Shown in pieces: positions 55,334 to 64,000 of a stretch of 64,000 nt of DNA. The stretch is from contig CAWCYZ010000004.1 in NCBI GenBank assembly GCA_963799925.1, forward strand, positions 903,445 through 967,444, read 5' to 3'. The notes below the pieces were generated by a model, which saw nothing but the letters and a program-made list of their open reading frames with translations, had not been told where the DNA came from and ran no database searches. A program made the translations under genes and the position numbers. Origin of the DNA: an uncultured Acidobacteriota bacterium (GTDB taxonomy: Bacteria; Acidobacteriota; Thermoanaerobaculia; Multivoradales; UBA5704). Numbering within the stretch: the stretch's first letter is position 1; each line of letters opens with the position of its first letter.

Positions 55334-56670
55334 CGCTCCTGGTCTACGAGAGCTGGCGGCTCGACTATCCGGAGGCCGTCTACACCTACCGCTGGGACGG
55401 CCGCTCGACCTCCGGCACCGAGCGGGTGACGATGGGCCTCGGCGCGATCCCGGCCGCCGACCTCGCGGCGGTACCGGCTGCGGGGCTCGCCAACCTCCTC
55501 GCCCATGCCGGCGTCGCCTTCGCCCGCTACCTGCTGCCGCTCGACGACTTCGACCAGCTCCACGTCGAGCCGCTGGCGCTGCCGCCGCCGGCGATCGCCT
55601 ACTTCGAGCGCACCTTCCGGCGCGGCCTGGCCGAGATGCGATACCGCAACGGGCTGGACGTGAAGAAACCCTTCCACGTCACCGCCTCGCCGTTCGCCCC
55701 CGGCTACGCCCCGGCGCCGCTCGCGGACGGCGCCGGCGAGCACGCGCTCCTCTTGAACGGCGGCGGCAAGGACTCGGCAGTCGCCGGGGAGATCCTGCAG
55801 GCGATCAGCCTGCCGTTCACCTGGCTGACCGTGCAGAGCCCGCTCGCGCCGGCCATGCGCGGGGTGATCGAGGCCTCCGGCAACCCGCGCGCCCTCCACA
55901 TCGAGCACCGGCCGGCGGACCCGGCGCTCGTCTCCCGCTTCCTCTACAAGGACGTGCTGGCGCCGCGGCTCGGCTTCATCGCTCTGATCCCGGCGTACGT
56001 CTATGGGATGCGCTACGTGGTGACCGCCAACGAGCACTCGGCCAACTTCGGCAACCTGGTGGTCGACGGCGTCGCGATCAATCACCAGGCGGGCAAGTCG
56101 CTGGCGGCGGAGACCGCCTTCGCCGACTACGTCGAGCGCTATCTCGTGCCCGGCCTGCGCTACTTCAGCGTCCTCGCTCCCCTCTACGAGCTCCAGATCG
56201 CCCGCCTCTTCGCCGGCCGGCCGCAATACTTCGCCCAGTTCCTGAGCTGCAACGTCGGCTTTCGCGACAACCGCTGGTGCGGCGAGTGCCCCAAGTGCGC
56301 CTGGGTCTACCTGATCCTCGCGGCGTTCCTGGAAGCCGAAGCTCTCGACGCCATCTTCGGCGCCGACCTCTTCGCGAGCGACAAGATCCGCTACTGGCTC
56401 CGCCGCTTGATCCGCGAGCGCAAGCCCTTCGAGTGCGTGGGGACGAAGGACGAGGCGAAGCTGGCGCTCGCTCTCGCCCTGGCGCGGCACGGGCGGCCGC
56501 AGGGGATCGCGGACGAGGGCTGGGCGGAGCTCCGCGAGCTCTCTGCGGACGCTGACGTGCCGGCGCTCGCGGCGGAGATCCTGGAGCGCTGGGATCGGCC
56601 GCACGGGATGCCGGAGGAGATCGCCGCGCGCGTCATGGAGCACTTCGAGAGGGAATCGACCGATGCCTGA
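55330..56670 (+). CDS. PP-loop-like (adenine-nucleotide alpha-hydrolase superfamily?) protein with a CxxCxKC motif; function unknown
   Basis: 446-aa ORF whose GTG start overlaps the previous stop (GTGA). It has HALLLNGGGKDSAVAGE (an SGGxDS-like PP-loop), a NEHSANFGN segment, and SCNVGF...RWCGECPKCAWVYL. Confidence 0.55.
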   Translation: MTLLVYESWRLDYPEAVYTYRWDGRSTSGTERVTMGLGAIPAADLAAVPAAGLANLLAHAGVAFARYLLPLDDFDQLHVEPLALPPPAIAYFERTFRRGLAEMRYRNGLDVKKPFHVTASPFAPGYAPAPLADGAGEHALLLNGGGKDSAVAGEILQAISLPFTWLTVQSPLAPAMRGVIEASGNPRALHIEHRPADPALVSRFLYKDVLAPRLGFIALIPAYVYGMRYVVTANEHSANFGNLVVDGVAINHQAGKSLAAETAFADYVERYLVPGLRYFSVLAPLYELQIARLFAGRPQYFAQFLSCNVGFRDNRWCGECPKCAWVYLILAAFLEAEALDAIFGADLFASDKIRYWLRRLIRERKPFECVGTKDEAKLALALALARHGRPQGIADEGWAELRELSADADVPALAAEILERWDRPHGMPEEIAARVMEHFERESTDA

Positions 56671-58461
56671 CCCCGACCGCCCCATGGGCGCCACCTCCAC
56701 CGCCGCCGGCGTCACCTTCCGCATCTGGGCGCCGCATGCCGCGAGCGCCGCGGTCGCCGGCACGTTCAACCACTGGTCGGCGGCCGCGGACCCGTTGGCG
56801 AGCGAGGGCGGCGGCGTCTGGGCGGCGGAGGTCGCCGCCGCCAAGGTCGGCGACCAGTACAAGTTCGTCCTCGTCACCGCCGACGGCGAGACGCTGTGGA
56901 AGAACGACCCCTACGCGCGGTCGCTCACCAACTCGGCGGGCAACGGCATCGTCGCCGAGACCGAGTTCGCGTGGACGCCGTCGGCGTACTCGACGCCGCC
57001 GTGGAACGAGTGGGTGATCTACGAGCTGCACGTGGGGAGCTTCCTCTTAGACACCGCGGCGCTGGTGCGGGGCGGCACGTTCCAGACCGTCATCGGCAAG
57101 CTCGACTACCTCAAGGACCTGGGGATCAACGTCATCGAGGTGATGGCGGCGGGCGAGTTCCCCTGGGACCACTCGTGGGGCTACAACCAGTCGTACATGT
57201 TCGCCATCGAGCACCTCTACGGCGGCCCCAACGGCTTCCGCCAGCTCGTCGACGCGGCGCACGGCCGGGGCATCGCGATCGTCTTCGACGTCGTCTTCAA
57301 CCACGTCGGCCCGAACGACCTCGACCTCTGGCGGCTCGACGGCTGGAGCGAGGACGGCGGCGGCGGGATCTACTTCTACAACGACTGGCGGCGGACGACG
57401 CCGTGGGGCGACACCCGGCCGGACTACGGCCGCCCGGAGGTGCGCCGCTACCTCCTCGACGCCGCGCTGCGCTGGCTCGAGCGCCGGCAGGTGGACGGCC
57501 TGCGCTGGGACGCCACGGGCTGGATCCGCAACGTCTACGGCAACGACGACGATCCGGCGCACGACATCGCCGACGGCTGGAGCCTCCTGCAGCAGGTGAA
57601 CGGCGAGATCCGCGCCCGCCAGCCGTGGAAGATGTCGATCGCCGAGGACATGCAGGACAACGAGTGGATCACGAGGCCCGCCGACGCGCAGGGGGCGGGC
57701 TTCGACGCGCAGTGGGGCGCCGGCTTCGTCCACGCCGTCCGCCGCGCCATCATCCCGCCCGACGACGCCGGCCGCGACATGCGGGCGGTGCGCGACGCGA
57801 TCGCCCAGCGCTTCAACGGCGACGCCTTCCAGCGCGTCATCTACACCGAGTCGCACGACGAGGACGCCAACGGCCACTCCCGCGTGCCGGAGGAGATCTG
57901 GCCGGGCAACGCCGCGAGCTATGCCTCGCGGAAGCGCTCGACCCTCGGCGCGGCGCTCGTCTTCACCGCGCCCGGCATCCCGATGATCTTCCAGGGGCAG
58001 GAGTTCCTCGAGGACGGCTGGTTCCGCGACGCGGTGCCGCTCGACTGGGGGAAGGCCGAGCGCTTCGCCGGCATCGTCGCCCTCTACCGCGACCTGGCCC
58101 GCCTGCGCCGGAACTGGTTCGACACCACCCGCGGCCTCAAGGGCCAGGGGATCGACGTCCACCACGTCAACGACCGCGACAAGGTGATCGCCTTCCACCG
58201 CTGGGACCGCGGCGGGCCGGGGGACGACGTGATCGTCCTCCTCGAACTTCGCCGACGTCGCCTACGACCGCTACACGATCGGCATGCCGCGCGCGGGCCT
58301 CTGGCGCGTGCGCTTCAACAGCGACTGGAACGGCTACAGCGCCGACTTCGGCGAACCATCCGAGCTTCGACACCGAGGCGGCGCCCGGCGAGCGCGACGG
58401 CATGCCGTGCCAGGCGGACGTCGGCCTCGGGCCCTACACGGCGATCGTCCTGTCGCAGTAG
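56663..58461 (+). CDS. GH13 alpha-amylase-family enzyme (glucan-branching-enzyme-like, with an N-terminal CBM48-like domain), with two frameshifts near 58245 and 58350
   Basis: The ATG overlaps the previous gene by 8 nt. VTFRIWAPHA...GDQYKF is followed by GH13 regions I-IV: IVFDVVFNH, GLRWDATG, SIAED and YTESHD. The C-terminus continues as FADVAYDRYTIGMPRAGLWRVRFNSDWNGYSADFG, then ...GLGPYTAIVLSQ in shifted frames. Confidence 0.85.
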
Positions 58462-58653
58462 GCGCGGGAAGCCGTGAGCGTCGGCGGGCTGGCTCCGTTT
58501 GGTCCGCTGCGGGCGGCCGCCCTCGGGACCACCGCCCGAACCCCCTTCCAGGCGGCCGTCCTCGGGACCAAACGGAGCCAGTGCCGAATTCCGTGCCGGC
58601 CGAATGAGGTAAATTCGCGTCTCGCTTCGTCCAAGAGAGCGAAGGAGGGCGAC

Positions 58654-60070
58654 ATGTCGCCGAAGCCCCTGGTGTTCGTGCCCGGCCTGCCCGGCTCCCG
58701 TCTGCTCGACCGGGCCTCGGGCGAGGAGCTCTTCCCCAACCTCTTCGGCCTCCTCTCGCCCGGACACGCGGGACCGCCTGCTGGCGCGGCTCCGCGGCCC
58801 CGACGATCCGGACGCCGACGACGGGGTCGTCGCCGGCGAGCCGATCGAGCAGGTGATCCCGCTGCTGCCGTTCGTCGACCTCTCCGGCATCTTCAAGCAG
58901 GCGGCGTCGCTCTACGACGTCCTCCGGGGTCTGGGCTACGGCATCACCGACGCCTCCTTCGGCGACCGCTTCCGGCCGGTGGGGTGGGACTGGCGGCGGC
59001 CGGTCGACCAGAAGGACACGCTCGCCGCGGTGCGGAACGCGATCGCCGAGCTCCGGCAATCGACCGGCGAGAAGGTCACCGTGCTCTGCCACTCGACGGG
59101 CGGGCTCGTGGTGCGGAGCCTCCTCGAGGCCGAGCCGGAGACCGCCGCCTTAGTCGAGCGGGTCCTCGCCCTCGGCATCCCCTGGGCGGGGACGCTCCAG
59201 CCGCTCCCCATGCTCGCCGGGCACGGGGGCTGGGGGCCGCTGACCGCGGATCAGACCCTGCACGCCCTCGGCGGCTCCTGGGCCGCCTTCGACCTGCTGC
59301 CCCCCGATCCGGCGAAGACCGACATGACGGACGTCGACCTGTTCCACGACGCGGCCGACCTCCCCGCGTCGCCGCTCACCGCGACCGGCTGGATCCCGCC
59401 GGGCGCCGGCGCGCCGGCGATGCGGGACCGGGCGGCGCGCTCCGACGCCCGGCTGGGGACGCGCGGCCGGAGCCTCGACCTCGGCGGCGTCGAGCTGGTG
59501 AACGTCGTCGGCTGGCGGGCCGACACCCTCATCCGCTCGTCGCTCGACCCCCACGGCCGCCTCGGCTTCTTGGACGGCCCGGAGGGGGACGGCACCGTCC
59601 CGCGCCCCTCGGCCGCCTGGCTCGAGGGCCCGCGGGTGCGCACCTTCCTGGTGCCGATCGGCAACTACCCCGGCGACCAGCTGCGCCGCATGCACATCGT
59701 CCTCTGGGAGAACCAGCCCGTCCGCGACCTCCTGGCGACCTATCTCGCCGGCCGCCCCCAGCCGCGCTACGTCTACGCCGCGGTCGACGGCGACGACGCG
59801 GTCGCCGTCGACAAGCAGAGCCTCCGCGTCTACATCGTCGCCCTCGACCACGCCGGCGAGCCGCTGCCGGGAGCCTTCGCCACCGCCGCGGGGAGCGCCA
59901 CCCGCTTCGGCTTCGGCCCCGACGGCCTCGGCATGATGCTCCTCGACCGCGCCCTCGCCCAGAACGCCGTCCATGGCTTCTTCCGCTTCGAGGTGCGCTT
60001 CCACGACGCCGCCGGCAACCCGCTCGGCGCGCCGCAGGGTCTGACGATCCAGGGCCCGGAGGAGATCTGA
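58654..60070 (+). CDS. LCAT/PGAP1-like alpha/beta-hydrolase lipase, with a frameshift near 58760
   Basis: SD gaaggagg lies before ATG 58654. MSPKPLVFVPGLPGSRLLD (frame of ORF 58474..) continues in ORF 58853..60070 with GWDWRRP and the nucleophile elbow VTVLCHSTGGLVV. Confidence 0.75.
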
Positions 60071-60135
60071 GGGGCGGGTGAATCTTTGTCGGAAGGCGCC
60101 CAGAGTCATCAGAGTAGCTGTGCGAAACCCCTCTG

Positions 60136-60243
60136 CATTGTCATCCTGAGCGAAGCGAAGGATCTGGCGGAGCTGAAGTCAATCAAAGGATTCCGAGACG
60201 AGTTCGCAGTGGAGTACGCTTCTGTGGGTCCCCGAAAAATTCA
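60136..60243. repeat. second locus of the REP/MITE-like modules seen at 47.8-48.0 kb
   Basis: cattgtcatcctgagcgaagcgaaggatctgg at 60136-60167 and tcgcagtggagtacgcttctgtgggtccccgaaaaattc at 60205-60243. Each is nearly identical to its 47.8-kb counterpart. Confidence 0.85.
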
Positions 60244-60280
60244 CCGACTCTGAGGGCGGGTGAGCGGGTGATTCGTCTGG

Positions 60281-60520
60281 GTAGCCGTCCAACTCGATTT
60301 AGCCGTCCAACTCGATCGCGCGATCCCCTCGATTTTCAGCGGTCCCACTCGATTTGTAGCGTACCGATTCGATCTGTAGCCTACCGATTCGATTTGTAGC
60401 CTACCGATTCAATCTGTAGCGTACCGATTCAATCTGTAGCGTACCGATTCGATTTTTCGTCGTCCCAACCGATCGGTCGAGATCCAACTCGATGTTTCGC
60501 CTACGGAATCGTTGGGACGT
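60281..60520. repeat. tandem array of ~12 units with a strict 20-bp period
   Basis: The central units are nearly identical: gtaccgattcgatctgtagc, ctaccgattcgatttgtagc, ctaccgattcaatctgtagc, gtaccgattcaatctgtagc. The flanking units are progressively degenerate (gtagccgtccaactcgattt ... gatccaactcgatgtttcgc). G+C is lower than in the surroundings. Confidence 0.9.
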
Positions 60521-60654
60521 CGGCCAAACCGCCGGGACGAGAGCGCGGGCGATTTTCCGCCGCCGCTCGCCGCGGCTGCCCGCCGATGCGCGGTTTCGGC
60601 TGCCGCGCCGCTCGGCGGCCTTCCGACCCGCGTGGACGCGATCCCGCGCCTTCT

Positions 60655-61955
60655 CTACGTCCCGGGACGGGCGGGATAGGGCTCGCCACCCGCGGCGCCG
60701 GGGATCTCCGCGAGAGCCGCCCCGAGGGCTTCCGCCAGCGCCGCGACCGCCGGCATCGCCAGCAGGTTCAGGTGATGCCCGGGCACCGGCCGCACCTCGA
60801 GGCCGCCCTGGGCCAGCGCCGCCCAGCCCGCCGCGTGGACCGCGGGCGGCGTCTCGGCGCCGGTCAGGCGCTCGGTGCCCTGGAAGAGGAGGACGCGGCC
60901 GGGGTACGGCCCCGGGGCGTAGGCGCGCGAGCTGCGGAAGTTGGCCCGCAGGTGGCGCAGGTAGCGGCGGACGTCGGTATAGCCGATCTCCTCGCCGGTG
61001 GGGAGGAAGCGGTACTCGCGGAAGAAGCGCTGGATCGCCCCCATGCGGCTCGGCCGGCGCGGGCGGCCCTGACCGCGGGCGATCCTCGGGCCCGGCGCGC
61101 CGCGCCCTCGTCCGCCGATCCTGCGTAGACTTTTTCGAGATGGCGTCCGGCGAGGTCGGCGAGCTCGTCCCAGAGGCGCTTTTCGTCGGCCGGGGAGGGG
61201 AGCCCGTCGCCGAGGTCGTGGCGCTCGAGGACGGCGGCGAGATCGGCGACGAGGCCGCCCTCGGGCTGCTCGCCCAGGCGGTCGCGGACCGCCGCCGGGG
61301 CGCGGGTGTCGAGGAGAGCGACGAGTGGCGGCGGCTCGCCCGCCGCGGCGAGCTGGCGCGCCATCTCGAAGGCGACGTAGCCGCCGAAGGAGTAGCCGCC
61401 CAGCCGGTAGGGCGAGCCCGCGGGCCAGGCGGCGCGGACGGCGGCGAGGTAGGCCGCGGCCATGTCCTCGACGCGCTCGTAGGGCTCCTCGCCGCCCCGC
61501 GGGTCCGGCCCCTGGAGGCCATAGAACGGCTGGCCGGGCCCCAGGCGGCGGGCGAGGTCGAGGTAGCAGAGGACCGAGCCGCCCGAGGGGTGGACGCAGA
61601 CGAGCGGCGGCCGCCCCCCTCCCTCGCCTTCCGGCCGCAGGGCGACGAGCGGCGAGCGCCGGTGCGCCGCGGCCCCGGCGCCGGCCCGGGCGAGCAGCAA
61701 TCCGGCGAGCCGCGCGATCGTGAGGCCGGGGAGGAGCGCGTCGAGCGCCAGCGCGACGCCGTGGCGGCGCTCGAGGAGGGCGAGCAGCTCGACCGCCGCC
61801 ATCGACTCGCCGCCGAGGTCGAAGAAGTCGTCCTCCCGGCCGACCGCCTCGACCGCCAGCAGCCGCCGCCAGTCGGCCGCGAGCTGCGCCTCGAGCGCCG
61901 CGCGCGGCGGCAGGGGCCGCGGAGCGTCGGGACCTGCGGGCGGTGGCGAGGGCAT
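60655..61955 (-). CDS. stand-alone peptidyl/acyl carrier protein fused to a type-I-like thioesterase domain, with a frameshift near 61100
   Basis: ORF 60864..61955 gives the carrier motif DDFFDLGGESMAAVEL, then PLVCVHPSGGSVLCY and the nucleophile LGGYSFGGYVAFEMA. The C-terminus (...VLLFQGTERL...VPGHHLNLL...) is in the frame of ORF 60655..62271. Confidence 0.75.
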
Positions 61956-62119
61956 GGTCCAAGGCGATGCCGCCCGGCGCGGCGCCGGCGGGGCGTCCGT
62001 ATCCTACCCGCCGCGCCGGGCGGCGCAGAACCCCGCCCGCCTTCGGCACCGCCGCCGCCGAGTGCCTGCGCCTGGCTTCCCCGCTCCGGGTCGGGGCTGC
62101 CGACGCACGACGCCGAGGA

Positions 62120-63277
62120 TCAATGACAGAGAGCGGCGGGGGCGCGGAAAGTATTTGCCGACGAGTACCATCCGCCGATGCCCCAGGAAGGCACCTGATC
62201 GAAGAACCAGGAGAAAAAGGCGGTCTCCTGGGGATTGTAGGTGAAGCCGTTCGGCATCTGGATCTCGCCAAATAGATGACCGCTCAGGGGGTCGCCGACC
62301 TCGAAGTTCGCCTGGCACCCCGCAACCTGGCCGACATGGCCCCAGGGCGGCGTGGGGTTGGTGACGAAAGGATCGTCGTACCACTCGGCCAGCTCGTGCG
62401 ACAGGATCGAGATGTCCGGGTTGATGGGGGTGTAGCCCGTGGCGTCCCACATCGCCACGCCATAGGTCTGGCCGCGGGATGCGGTATGGAAACCGAATGC
62501 CAGGCCGTTGTTCGACACGCTCGTAGCCACGCTGACGGTGAGGAAGAGCGGGAACGTCTTGGGGCTTACCCCCAGCTGGCGGAACTGCGGGCCCAGTTGC
62601 GCGAAGATCTGCTGCCAGATCTGAAAGCTGATGATCGCCGATCGGCCGCAGGGCGCCGGACGCGTCTCGTAACCGGCCGGAAGCACCACACGGATCGAGG
62701 CGGGAACGCTGGCGGCGACACGCACGCTGTACCGTGGGTTCAACGCGCCGGGGCCGGTGAAGGACCAGAGCTCCATCCGGCGGACCTCCTCCACGAATTG
62801 CCGGGGGCCTTCGCCGTAGTCGGCGTCCGCGAAGAGCGGCGACTGGAGGACGAGATCGAGCGGAGCACCGCCTCGCGCGCAGTCATTCGGTTCGGTGGGA
62901 TCCAACACGGTGCCGTCGGGGAACTCGAAGCGGACGGGGAAGATCTGCACCGGCACGATCACGTTCTTGGCGCCGCGCAGAAATGGGTTCGATCCAACCA
63001 TAGTCAACGGGTAGCGCTTGCGGCGCGACAGGACCGTCGTCCTGAACGTGGCCAGTGCTGGCGCCCCGCCTCTTTTCTCGTCGAGCGGAGAGGCCTCGGG
63101 GATACCGACGACCCGGCCGGTCCACTCGCCGAGCGGATCCGGCGCTGCGCTTTCCGCCGGCAGACTTACCGAGAGGATCGGTCTGGCGGGTGGCTGCGCG
63201 TCGTCGCCCGTGACGAGCGACAGTGGCAATGCGAACAGCACGCTGGTGAAGAGCGCGACACGGACGAAGCGGATCAT
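62120..63277 (-). CDS. secreted hypothetical protein
   Basis: Within ORF 62120..63535. The likely start is MIRFVRVALFTSVLFALPLSLVTG (a signal peptide). The composition is ordinary and the G+C is somewhat lower than in its neighbours. It contains SHELAEWYDDPF, which is not a canonical HExxH. Confidence 0.6.
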   Translation of the reverse strand: MIRFVRVALFTSVLFALPLSLVTGDDAQPPARPILSVSLPAESAAPDPLGEWTGRVVGIPEASPLDEKRGGAPALATFRTTVLSRRKRYPLTMVGSNPFLRGAKNVIVPVQIFPVRFEFPDGTVLDPTEPNDCARGGAPLDLVLQSPLFADADYGEGPRQFVEEVRRMELWSFTGPGALNPRYSVRVAASVPASIRVVLPAGYETRPAPCGRSAIISFQIWQQIFAQLGPQFRQLGVSPKTFPLFLTVSVATSVSNNGLAFGFHTASRGQTYGVAMWDATGYTPINPDISILSHELAEWYDDPFVTNPTPPWGHVGQVAGCQANFEVGDPLSGHLFGEIQMPNGFTYNPQETAFFSWFFDQVPSWGIGGWYSSANTFRAPAALCH

Positions 63278-63466
63278 CGGCGACTCCCTTGTCGGGCAAG
63301 GTGCCCGTTTGGCAATGTTAAAATCGCAGCATAGCAGCTTGCTTAAGTGACTCGGAAAGTGACAAATGCACATGGGTACGGTCCTGGAGGCCCTGCTCTC
63401 CCGGCTACGCGGGACTCGGCCAATGCCTGTGACCGCGCAAACCAGCGTCCGCGCGAGCCGGCCGCC

Positions 63467-63726
63467 CGCACGGGCATGAATGCCCGTGCTATGAGATGCG
63501 CCGGATGAATCCGGCTTTGCGCTGACTCGGCGCATCTCATGTCCCCGCGGGCGAAGCTTCGCCTCAACCGACCATGAGGAGCGCAGACTCGATCTCGGCG
63601 TTCATGCCCCGTGCCGCGCCGGTGGTCGTGGACAGGGGCGGGGCAAAGAAGGGGGGAGGCAGCCGCCAGGCGGCCAAGCCGGATTCATCCGGCGCCCCTC
63701 ATAGCACGGGCATTCATGCCCGTGCG
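63467..63726. repeat. pair of 49-bp inverted repeats (REP/MITE-like)
   Basis: cgcacgggcatgaatgcccgtgctatgagatgcgccggatgaatccggc at 63467-63515 recurs as a reverse complement at 63678-63726 (2-3 mismatches). Each copy contains its own palindromes, gcacgggcatgaatgcccgtgc and ccggatgaatccgg. A cgggcgaagcttcgcc word is nearby. Confidence 0.85.
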
Positions 63727-63837
63727 GACGTGCCCGGCTCGCATCGGCTGCACCTGCGTCGCGTGCCCTCCGGCGCCGAAGTCCCTGCGGGCGAAGCAGG
63801 GGAGCGGGGCGTCTGGTATCCTGCGCCGCGCCGCACC

Positions 63838-64000
63838 ATGAGCTTCTTCCTCGGTCACCGGCGGACGAACCGTTCCCTCTGGCGGCGCCTCCCCCGCATG
63901 GCGCGCTTCGCCCTGCGCCTCCTCGCCGACCAGGAGGGCCTCCTCTTCCAGCCCCGCCGCGAGCGGCGCGGCACGCCGCGCGACGTCGGGCTCGACGGCG
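63838..64000 (+). CDS. 5' end of a gene (possibly an alpha/beta hydrolase); runs off the window
   Basis: Own translation from ATG 63838: MSFFLGHRRTNRSLWRRLPRMARFALRLLADQEGLLFQPRRERRGTPRDVGLDG, open to the window end. The functional guess rests only on the resemblance of this N-terminus to the leader part of some hydrolases. Confidence 0.3.
   Translation, partial: MSFFLGHRRTNRSLWRRLPRMARFALRLLADQEGLLFQPRRERRGTPRDVGLDG

Noticed and set aside
60281-60520. Possible CRISPR array
   Set aside because: The units are contiguous 20-mers with no unique spacers between them, the repeats are too short, and no cas genes are nearby. I classify it as a tandem minisatellite or iteron-like array.
62380-62420. 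Zinc-metalloprotease HExxH site in the secreted orphan protein
   Set aside because: The motif reads HELAE (HExxE), with no downstream third ligand that I can identify. That is insufficient for a protease call.

Overview
This is a 64-kb, very G+C-rich bacterial chromosomal segment (by eye >70% G+C, except one lower-G+C island at about 13.7-17.8 kb). Two ADOP-type duplicated FtsX permeases suggest Acidobacteriota, but that is inference only. I can support about 50 protein-coding genes. All calls come from reading the translations for protein-like composition and catalytic motifs; no database search was possible. Because of the G+C content, nearly every real gene is shadowed by long antisense or out-of-frame ORFs in the track, including several 'ORFs' of about 550 to over 1100 aa, and I reject these. 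At least a dozen otherwise ordinary genes need 1-nt frame corrections. That pattern looks more like indel-type assembly error than true pseudogenes, so I label them as frameshifted CDSs.

Gene content in order:
- ino1 (partial), a membrane protein, Zn-ADH, cupin, an APH-like kinase plus acyl-CoA dehydrogenase pair, an EamA transporter, MurJ and an ADOP permease.
- A lower-G+C island bracketed by ~86-bp direct repeats. It carries a three-gene orphan cassette and an IS200/IS605 element nested inside an IS3 element, which in turn sits inside a lipoprotein gene.
- A GT1 glycosyltransferase, a 2-TM protein, an SDR and a second ADOP permease.
- Three tandem short peptide genes followed by a B12-binding radical SAM enzyme. 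This is the best candidate for a novel system, a possible unclassified RiPP locus.
- A CAP-CAP-erythromycin-esterase fusion, a UDP-sugar dehydrogenase and an esterase.
- A type-II FAS/PKS-like cassette: PaaK-like ligase, acyl-AMP ligase, KS-like partner, ACP, KS, KR and an ER-like SDR.
- An amidohydrolase, then an operon of unknown protein, TauD-like dioxygenase, acyltransferase and kinase.
- A phosphoribosyltransferase plus two paralogous ATP-grasp genes.
- Serine hydrolases, an ABM protein and a multicopper oxidase.
- A translationally coupled aminotransferase / serine-hydrolase / PP-loop-like / GH13 operon.
- An LCAT-like lipase, an orphan PCP-thioesterase and a secreted orphan protein.

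Several families of non-coding repeats are also present: palindromic-word blocks, REP/MITE-like elements and a strict 20-bp tandem array. I found no rRNA, tRNA or CRISPR array.
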